DNA from: Ascidiella aspersa
Lineage: Eukaryota
DNA: 64,000 nucleotides
Direction of reading: 5' to 3'
Assembly (NCBI GenBank): GCA_963924565.1
Contig: OZ004612.1
Coordinates: forward strand, 13,516,001 to 13,580,000
The notes beneath the pieces were generated by a model. It made no database searches, was not told where the DNA came from, and saw only the letters and a list, made by a program, of their open reading frames with translations. The first letter of the stretch is position 1, and every line of letters begins with the position of its first letter. The position numbers were made by a program, and so were the translations under genes. Shown one piece after another: positions 54,701-64,000 of the stretch.

Positions 54701-57700
54701 CTAAATATTAAGTTATGACTTCTAGCCCGTGGCATATTTTTTTAATGAAGCAAAAATACGGTAGTTAATGAACAAAGTGTTTGTCAAATGCAAAAATATA
54801 AAACTTGATTTTTCCAAATTTATTATACATTCATAAGTTTACCCTTAAAAACAGCTAAACAAAAGAATAATATCCGTCCCGTGATCGTAAATCCTTATAG
54901 AAAACCCTTTTCTAGGCTAAGATTCTGCTCAGTAATGTGCAAGTCAATTTAAAAAAAAAATCTTCTGATTAAAAGCGCCAAACCAGAAAGACCCTGCTTG
55001 AACACAATAGGCCCTATTAGGTTTTAGAAGCGTTTTTACGATAACTGTAATCATGGATCCTTTATTATGCCAACTTACATTAAGGTTAAAGTTTAACCTT
55101 AAACCAACATCACAATATGTATGTTTAACAGTGAAACTCTAGCTATAAGGCAGAAATAAGAACAACATGAACGTCGGAATAAAACACAGTGCGGAATAAG
55201 ACAAAAATAGTACTAACTAGACGGGGTTGCGGTTGTTGTATATTTTGATAGGGTATTTTTCAGGGTCTTATTTTCATGGGTGGAATAATTTTGTCATTAT
55301 AAATAGGTTCTTTTACCAGGTTAAGTAATATTATATATTACACTTTGGTTTATTCGTTTAGCGGTTTATATTTTCAAGAATGTAAATGAACACCAAAAAT
55401 CAAACTTAAATAAAGGAAGTTTACTTTTCATGTTTACAGTGTAGCTTGAAAACAATGTGAACAATATTTTTGTTAAATTATAATTTCCGTTAAAAAATCC
55501 TCTTGATGCAGTAAAGATATCTTGCAAATCTTAAGAGCAGGGTAATTTTATCTGTGGATGAGTGTTTTCAATTTGATTCTGCATTGACAATTTTAAACTA
55601 TTCAAATGTTGGAATATGTCATTTAAATTTTTACCTTTGAATTCCAGAATTGACCAACGCCATAATAAAACCCAATACATTTTCGGTATAAGATCCAAGT
55701 GGCCTAAATAACATCCTCATCCGCAAGAAATGGATATAAAACGCCGCCTTATAAGGGCCATGTTTTTTTATACCGCTGTGTTTGTAGACGCTGTTTTGAA
55801 ACCGGACTGTTGGTCCGATAGGGGCTTGGGTATGTTATCTATAGGTCCTTTATCGATCTTATTGCGAACTGTGCTTTATTCCGATGTTGATGTTATTCTA
55901 ATTTTGGTCTTATTGCTGGAATCCACTTTTAGTCGCAAATTCTAAAATAATACAGAATTTTTGTAACATTTTTTCCCATTGTCTCGCGGCGCACCTGGCA
56001 ACCTTCCGCGGCGCATCGGTTGAGAAACGCTGCGTTAATGAAAGGAAAATCGAGAAATCACCTCGACGAATGAAGTGACATCGCTTGGCTCACTACAACA
56101 CAGAGCCGAATATAAAACATAACCAGGTATAGCGTCGAAGAACAAGATTTGTAATGACTAACTAATTTAATTTAAATTAAAATGCCTTATTTGTACAATT
56201 TTTAAAACTAAGTCCATTTACTCGTTGATTAATGGCTGTATTTGTTATTAACGTGTAGAAGTAAAACAATAAATACGTTAAACACAATGCTTGATATTTT
56301 TTAAGCAGGGGGCCGCGAGGGTCAAGATCCTTTCAAATAGGGCCACGAAGCTTAAAAGGTTGATAACCACTGGTTTAGGTGATAAACGTATGGAACGCAT
56401 CTTCGTGATCAGGTATATTATTGCTAACCAACTGGATAACGATTGTTTGCTAACTCCAGCTGCCAAATTCAAGATTCTGAGTTTTGAAGGGTGACATATT
56501 GAAACTTTTTAGCTGCTTGCGTCCTTTGACATGTGAAATAATCCTTCAACGAGAGAATCTAACGAAGCTGATTTACCAACTGACTTTGGTTGTTTATTTT
56601 ACGTCGCATAATAAAAAAATACGTTTAAATGTACATTTCATCCGCACATATAGAACGTCTGTTCGCTGCTTATAAATATTTGTCTAATATAAATCTGCTC
56701 GGAAATGACGAAGAATGCATTGCACAAAGCGGTCATCTAATTTCCTAGACTCAAGAAAAATGCACCACAGATAACAACATTTCAAACCGCTAGTTAATGC
56801 AAGTTGTGAGCACAATTCTAATTAAGGCTAGCTAAATAAAATACACTTTGCATAATTCTATAACGTAAGCCGTGCTTCGATTGGCTCATCAGCCTTTCAA
56901 CCGCGTCACAGGGCGACGATGGTGCAGTAAGAGTAGTTGCACTTTTGCTGAATAAATTTCTTTACAATGTCCTTCCATAATAACACCAAAGAAAGGGCTT
57001 TATGTTGCCACTGTTCTTAAAATGCATAAAAGCTGATAAAATAAGCAGGGTATAGAAATTTAACTCCAATGGTGAAGGCCGCTAAACCTATACCTGTCCT
57101 TATTACTTCTTTAACTCTCGACTGAGTCACCTCGCTCAATTGATGTTTTTTGCTGAGTATACGGAATATTGACAGTTTAATCTCAATACAGCCGATAACT
57201 TAATGCGTTGATTCGAACCGCTATGATAATGCCAAGCACAGTAAAATAGCATAAAGTACAATAATTTGCAAATCACGGAGACCGTTAGCTTTTGGTATTT
57301 GTCACACATCAGTGGACACCGGTCATGATGTGCATCAGGACGTCATACTATAATCAACGCTGTGTAGTGTAGTGCTACCTTTTGTGGTGCTACCTCAGTC
57401 CTTCACTTGTTTGCATTAAACGCATTTGTTTGCTTCTGAATTAAAATACTGTAATTAACAGAAGCAAATGATTAAATGGTACAAATATATCCTATGAAAA
57501 TGCATCGTCGTTTATATACCAAAAACTCGTTTAAACTGATATTGATGGCGATAATCAACCGTTGTTATTTTTGTGAAAATAGTATGGAAATTAAAGTTCA
57601 CTAACCAGCCAGCCTTGTTTTTTAATTATGTAATAAGGACACTTCAGTTAATATACAAGAGCTTATAGCAGGAACCTGTTTGGATATAAAGAAATTTCCT

Positions 57701-60700
57701 CAAGGGAGCTTACAGTCCCGAAAATATAAAAACGATTCGCGCGAAGCGCCAACAAATTTGCTATTACGTGTTTTATAAACGGAAAAAAATAGAGTTAGGA
57801 AAGCAGCCGCGGCCGCGTGCAGAATTTCCATTCAAATCATGCTAAGACATGATAGTTTGGATATATTTGCAAGAAAGATTCTTTGATAAAAAGAGCCACA
57901 TGGTGTTACTAAAAGTACTATTGGTTCCTGACCAAACAACAACAGCAACAAAACACGCTAATACTGACAAATCGAAAATGACGTAACAGTACCAAATCGA
58001 TGCGTCCAGCGACATTCGCTGAACAAATTAAGTGATTTATATAATTAATCAAATAGCGACTTATTATTATTGATTTATAATAATTACCCTGAATAATGTG
58101 TTTATTTTATATGATAGCCTGATTGATTGACCACATCATACTTGGTATTGCTACTATCTGGCGACGTTTGCTGTGCAATTTTTAAATCTCTACTTCAAAT
58201 TCTTCCTCCTAATCCCAACCCTTTCACCAACCATTCCTCCGACTTTTTCAGCAAGACTGACTCCCGATCTTTCTCCAAAATAGAGCTCTAATCCCTAATA
58301 AGCATGTCAATACGGAGGTAGGTATCATTTTAAAAGTTTCGAATAACTCTTTACTAATTTTCCAACATGATGAGTATCGGTAAATATATAATCTCGAAAC
58401 ATTTCTTATTAATCTCCATCATGTGGAAAGCTTACTACAACGTCTACAATAAGACATTTTATACTGTGCGCACATTTTTGCGCACAGTGTGCAAAACAAC
58501 TCCACGTCCCCTAGCTGTTAAAATAGCGGTACAGCAACGGAGCCGTTCAAACTAGGGCGTTCAAACGCTTTTTTTTTCTAGACACTTTTTCTATACACTA
58601 AAACTTTATGACGTCATAGTTGTTCTTAGTAAATCGGTTGCAACGAATGTAGGTCCAAAACGTTATATTTAAAATAAATAAGCAACTATTTTCCAGACTA
58701 TTAAAGTTCAACACCTGTTTCGTCAAATCTGTACTTTTTAGTGTTGTTAATTACATTAGGTTTGTATGTTGTATTTAACAACGTTTTAAGAAATTATTTA
58801 ACCACGCTATTGATATTGGTGCAACGCAGGGGGCATACAAGGGGCCGTGGCCATGTTTAATATATAGCTCGTTCACGAAAAATAAAAACAGCTTTTCTTG
58901 CTTTCAGTCATTATGGTTGGTTTATGAAATTCATTAAAAAAAACAGTATTGTTTTATTCATAACAACCAAACCTATCAATGTTTGACATTTTAGTGACCA
59001 TGGTTTTAAAAACTTGCTGTGTTGTGGCCTGCGACCGAATAATTCGCGTACCTGGCCGTATGCAAGCAAGTAAGCACAAAATAAAACTAACAAACCGAAA
59101 AATTAAAAACTTTGCAGGCCGTATGTTGTGCAGGCCCACTGCAGACATCAGAAATTCCAAATGTTTTGCAATACACTGCTTTTCTGTTCTAGGAACCTTT
59201 TTATTTTCTGATGTCATGTCGCCGTGTCTAACCACTTCATAATGTAACGGAGACACTTTTGCAAATGAACGTCCGATCTAAATATTAAGTTATGACTTCT
59301 AGCCCGTGGCATATTTTCTTAATGAAGCAAAAATACGGCAGTTAATGAACAAAGTGTTTGTCAAATGCAAAAATATAAAACTTGATTTTTCCAAATTTAT
59401 TATACATTCATAAGTTTACCCTTAAAAACAGCTAAACAAAAGAATAATATCCGTCCCGTGATCGTAAATCCTTATAGAAAACCCTTTTCTAGGCTAAGAT
59501 TCTGCTCAGTAATGTGCAAGTCAATTTAAAAAAAAATCTTCTGATTAAAAGCGCCAAACCAGAAAGACCCTGCTTGAACACAATAGGCCCTATTAGGTTT
59601 TTAGAAGCGTTTTTACGATAACTGTAATCATGGATCCTTTATTATGCCAACTTACATTAAGGTTAAACTTTAACCTTAAACCAACATCACAATATGTATG
59701 TTTAACAGTGAAACTCTAGCTATAAGGCAGAAATAAGAACAACATGAACGTCGGAATAAAACACAGTGCGGAATAAGACAAAAATAGTACTAACTAGACG
59801 GGGTTGCGGTTGTTGTATATTTTGATAGGGTATTTTTCAGGGTCTTATTTTCATGGGTGGAATAATTTTGTCATTATAAATAGGTTCTTTTACCAGGTTA
59901 AGTAATATTATATATTACACTTTGGTTTATTCGTTTAGCGGTTTATATTTTCAAGAATGTAAATGAACACAAAAAATCAAACTTAAATAAAGGAAGTTTA
60001 CTTTTCATGTTTACAGTGTAGCTTGAAAACAATGTGAACAATATTTTTGTTAAATTATAATTTCCGTTAAAAAATCCTCTTGATGCAGTAAAGATATCTT
60101 GCAAATCTTAAGAGCAGGGTAATTTTATCTGTGGATGAGTGTTTTCAATTTGATTCTGCATTGACAATTTTAAACTATTCAAATGTTGGAATATGTCATT
60201 TAAATTTTTACCTTTGAATTCCAGAATTGACCAACGCCATAATAAAACCCAATACATTTTCGGTATAAGATCCAAGTGGCCTAAATAACATCCTCATCCG
60301 CAAGAAATGGATATAAAACGCCGCCTTATAAGGGCCATGTTTTTTTATACCGCTGTGTTTGTAGACGCTGTTTTGAAACTGGACTGTTGGTCCGATAGGG
60401 ACTTGGGTATGTTATCTATAGGTCCTTTATCGATCTTATTGCGAACTGTGCTTTATTCCGATGTTGATGTTATTCTAATTTTGGTCTTATTGCTGGAATC
60501 CACTTTTAGTCGCAAATTCTAAAATAATACAGAATTTTTGTAACATTTTTTCCCATTGTCTCGCGGCGCACCTGGCAACCTTCCGCGGCGCATCGGTTGA
60601 GAAACGCTGCGTTAATGAAAGGAAAATCGAGAAATCACCTCGACGAATGAAGTGACATCGCTTGGCTCACTACAACACAGAGCCGAATATAAAACATAAC

Positions 60701-62667
60701 CAGGTATAGCGTAGAAGAACAAGATTTGTAATGACTAACTAATTTAATTTAAATTAAAATGCCTTATTTGTACAATTTTTAAAACTAAGTCCATTTACTC
60801 GTTGATTAATGGCTGTATTTGTTATTAACGTGTAGAAGTAAAACAATAAATACGTTAAACACAATGCTTGATATTTTTAAGCAGGGGGCCGCGAAGGTCA
60901 AGATCCTTTCAAATAGGGCCACGAAGCTTAAAAGGTTGATAACCACTGGTTTAGGTGATAAACGTATGGAACGCATCTTCGTGATCAGGTATATTATTGC
61001 TAACCAACTGGATAACGATTGTTTGCTAACTCCAGCTGCCAAATTCAAGATTCTGAGTTTTGAAGGGTGACATATTGAAACTTTTTAGCTGCTTGCGTCC
61101 TTTGACATGTGAAATAATCCTTCAACGAGAGAATCTAACGAAGCTGATTTACCAACTGACTTTGGTTGTTTATTTTACGTCGCATAATAAAAAAATACGT
61201 TTAAATGTACATTTCATCCGCACATATAGAACGTCTGTTCGCTGCTTATAAATATTTGTCTAACATAAATCTGCTCGGAAATGACGAAGAATGCATTGCA
61301 CAAAGCGGTCATCTAATTTCCTAGACTCAAGAAAAATGCACCACAGATAACAACATTTCAAACCGCTAGTTAATGCAAGTTGTGAGCACAATTCTAATTA
61401 AGGCTAGCTAAATAAAATACACTTTGCATAATTCTATAACGTAAGCCGTGCTTCGATTGGCTCATCAGCCTTTCAACCGCGTCACAGTGCGACGATGGTG
61501 CAGTAAGAGTAGTTGCACTTTTGCTGAATAAATTTCTTTACAATGTCCTTCCATAATAACACCAAAGAACGGGCTTTGTGTTGCCACTGTTCTTAAAATG
61601 CATAAAAGCTGATAAAATAAGCAGGGTATAGAAATTTAACTCCAATGGTGAAGGCCGCTAAACCTATACCTGTCCTTATTACTTCTTTAACTCTCGACTG
61701 AGTCACCTCGCTCAATTGATGTTTTTTGCTGAGTATACGGAATATTGACAGTTTAATCTCAATACAGCCGATAACTTAATGCGTTGATTCGAACCGCTAC
61801 ATTAATGCCAAGCACAGTAAAATAGCATAAAGTACAATAATTTGCAAATCACGGAGACCGTTAGCTTTTGGTATTTGTCACACATCAGTGGACACCGGTC
61901 ATGATGTGCATCAGGACGTCATACTATAATCAACGCTGTGTAGTGTAGTGCTACCTTTTGTGGTGCTACCTCAGTCCTTCACTTGTTTGCATTAAACGCA
62001 TTTGTTTGCTTCTGAATTAAAATACTGTAATTAACAGAAGCAAATGATTAAATGGTACAAATATATCCTATGAAAATGCATCGTCGTTTATATACCAAAA
62101 ACTCGTTTAAACTGATCTTGATGGCGACAATCAACCGTTGTTATTTTTGTGAAAATAGTACGGAAATTAAAGTTCACTAACCAGCCAGCCTTGTTTTTTA
62201 ATTATGTAATAAGGACACTTCAGTTAATATACAAGAGCTTATAGCAGGACTCGGAACCTGTTTAGCTAAGGGAGCCATAAAAGCCAAATATGCTTGGACC
62301 TTGTATTTCCATGAAAGCCATATAATATTTTTTAACATCTAGTTACAGGTTGGCAAAAATTGTAATTTGAAAAGGGTCGTTTAGTTTGTTCTGATTTAAA
62401 GACAGTACATACTAAGCGCGACCAAAATCAATTACCTAAGTCTACTAAGCTTTGATTACGGAGATCCATTGGACGAACAGGGCCTTTTGGATATAAAGAG
62501 ATTCCCTCAAGCGAGCTAACAGTCCCGAAAATATAAAAACGATTCGCGCGAAGCGCCAACAAATTTGCTATTACGTGTTTTATAAACGGAAAAAATAGAG
62601 TTAGGAAAGCAGCCGTGGCCGCGTGCAGTATTTCTATTCAAATCATGCTAAGACCTGATAGTTTAGA
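51461..62667. repeat. Tandem segmental array with a ~4.58-kb unit: copy 1 51461-56032, copy 2 56033-60609, copy 3 from 60610 (interrupted at 62668)
   Basis: CGTTAAT(C/G)AAAGGAAAATCGAGAAATC recurs at 51461, 56033 and 60610. Near-identical spurious ORFs recur at +4577 (54377/58954, 55730/60307). Confidence 0.97.
55130..55927. mobile_element. MITE-like element with ~70-bp imperfect TIRs (second copy at 59707-60504)
   Basis: The left arm ATAAGGCAGAAATAAGAACAACATGAACGTCGGAATAAAACACAG matches the reverse complement of 55855-55925. A related arm occurs independently at ~45680-45750. Confidence 0.6.
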
Positions 62668-64000
62668 CAGGGGTTCTTAACCTTTTTTGTTTGTTTTACC
62701 CTTTTAACAAAGATGAATATCAGATTTGCCCCCCAATATATAACGTAGTGCTCATCTAAAAAACGAAATTAACACATTTTATTAGGTATAATCATTGCGA
62801 CGGCCACCCTTTCTTTTTAGAACGAGTTTCGTTTTAGAACGAGAACATTCCAGTTTGGTCTAGGTTTTTTCATTTCAGACTGGACAGTTTTGACTCAAAA
62901 AACGCCAGTTTTTGTTCATAATAATTGGATGAGGATTTGTTAGGTGTTGTTTTAAAGGAGCAGGTTTCATTGGTACTGTTTAAAAATGTTTCCATGCTCA
63001 AAACACACTGAGGGACTTAAAAAACATTATACGATATGTAAATCCAAAATTCAAATATTTCTTCTGGTACTTTCCTTTCTTTTGGAACATGCCATTTTTA
63101 AGTTTAAATTATTTGTTACTTTTACACAATAATCAAAGTATTCTTTCGAATAGCAAAATCTGCCTGAATCCGAATAGTGAAAACAAACGATTCTGGTTGC
63201 ACATCAATTGTAAAAATTAAACTAAGTACAAAACTTAGTAAATCGAAAATCGGTTTGTTTGTATGTTATAAAAAGATAAATATATTTCGCTATAAAGCAT
63301 CATCAGTATCTTAATTCGAATGAATTCACAAAAAAACAAAAAACTTTTTTCGGTTTACTAAGTTTTGTACTTAGTTTAATCTTTTACACAATATATATTA
63401 ATCAGTCAATGAGTTATTTTACCACTGAAACGCCTTAATCATTTGGCTAAAAAGATCAACAATAAACTAACTTGGCCAGTTAAGTCGTACCCAGTGAGAA
63501 AAAATAGGCAATCACATCCATAACCAGAACTGAAATTTCAAAAGCTGTACTAAACCTTACAGTTATCGCTACTAAATTAATAAAGCACTTGAAACCCTTA
63601 ATAAAACACTGCACAAAAATTAAACTTAGTTCACACGTCTGCTCGCAGACACGTTACCACAATCCATGCCGTGACTGCCGAATAAGCTGATGAATTCAAA
63701 CAGCAAATGACGTAACCATAAAGTAACTAAGAGATAAGGATATTGCCAATTAAAAAATCATTAATAATAATTAGCGAAGTACAACGTTACCGGCTCTAGA
63801 CGACAAAAAATGAATAGGCAATACTAGGCTAGTTTTGAATTAGCAGTTAATCTGAACTAGGAAAAAAGTTACCAATACTTACAGCTGGCAAAATTTTTCT
63901 GTCCCGTCAGATGTTGTGGATATTATGAATGATAGTTAATTTACTCCCTAAAATGAAGAAATTTACCCCCAGGGGTAGAGTTACCACAGGTTAAGAAAGG
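62668..64000. mobile_element. ~1.33-kb non-autonomous hAT element inserted in tandem copy 3 (right end at the window edge)
   Basis: Left end CAGGGGTTCTTAACCT; the window ends with AGGTTAAGAAAGG. TTTACCCC-type subterminal motifs at both ends. The site is empty in copies 1 and 2 (GATAGTTTGGA|TATATT). Confidence 0.85.
63209..63388. mobile_element. Nested 180-bp MITE with TGT..ACA termini and a 4-bp TSD (Ginger-like)
   Basis: ~41-bp TIR: TGTAAAAATTAAACTAAGTACAAAACTTAGTAAATCGAAAA versus the reverse complement of ~63347-63388. TSD CAAT at 63205-63208 and 63389-63392. Confidence 0.8.

Noticed and set aside
51647-61251. Repeated short ORFs in the tandem array suggesting a gene family
   Set aside because: They recur only because the DNA is duplicated; they overlap MITE ends and are frameshifted between copies.
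51461-62667. Array as an LTR retrotransposon, rDNA/histone repeat or CRISPR
   Set aside because: Whole units are repeated head to tail with no gag/pol, rRNA, histone or repeat-spacer pattern.

Overview
AT-rich eukaryotic DNA with spliceosomal introns, many hAT-type MITEs and no obvious CpG depletion. It looks like a marine invertebrate, plausibly a tunicate, but that is inference only. Two protein genes are supported. (1) An intronless + strand gene at 10185-11051 encodes a 288-aa precursor: a hydrophobic signal/anchor, a Ser/Gly-rich pro-region, basic convertase sites and a Cys-free C-terminal domain that aligns by eye with the IL-1-type beta-trefoil. It has a TATA/Inr/AP-1/E-box promoter and an AU-rich 3' region, as an inducible cytokine would. 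(2) A - strand GT31 (beta-1,3-galactosyltransferase-like) gene at 50746-44628 has a 4-exon, 358-aa minimal model and a decayed Chapaev-like transposase in intron 1. Between the two lies ~32 kb with no convincing CDS but CpG-rich, CRE-containing patches. From 51461 on there is a ~4.58-kb tandem array (two full copies plus a partial third). Its junctions fall exactly on a hAT transposon end, its middle copy is a recombinant, and its third copy carries a 1.3-kb hAT element with a nested TG..CA MITE. All homology calls come from recalled motifs; no searches were run.
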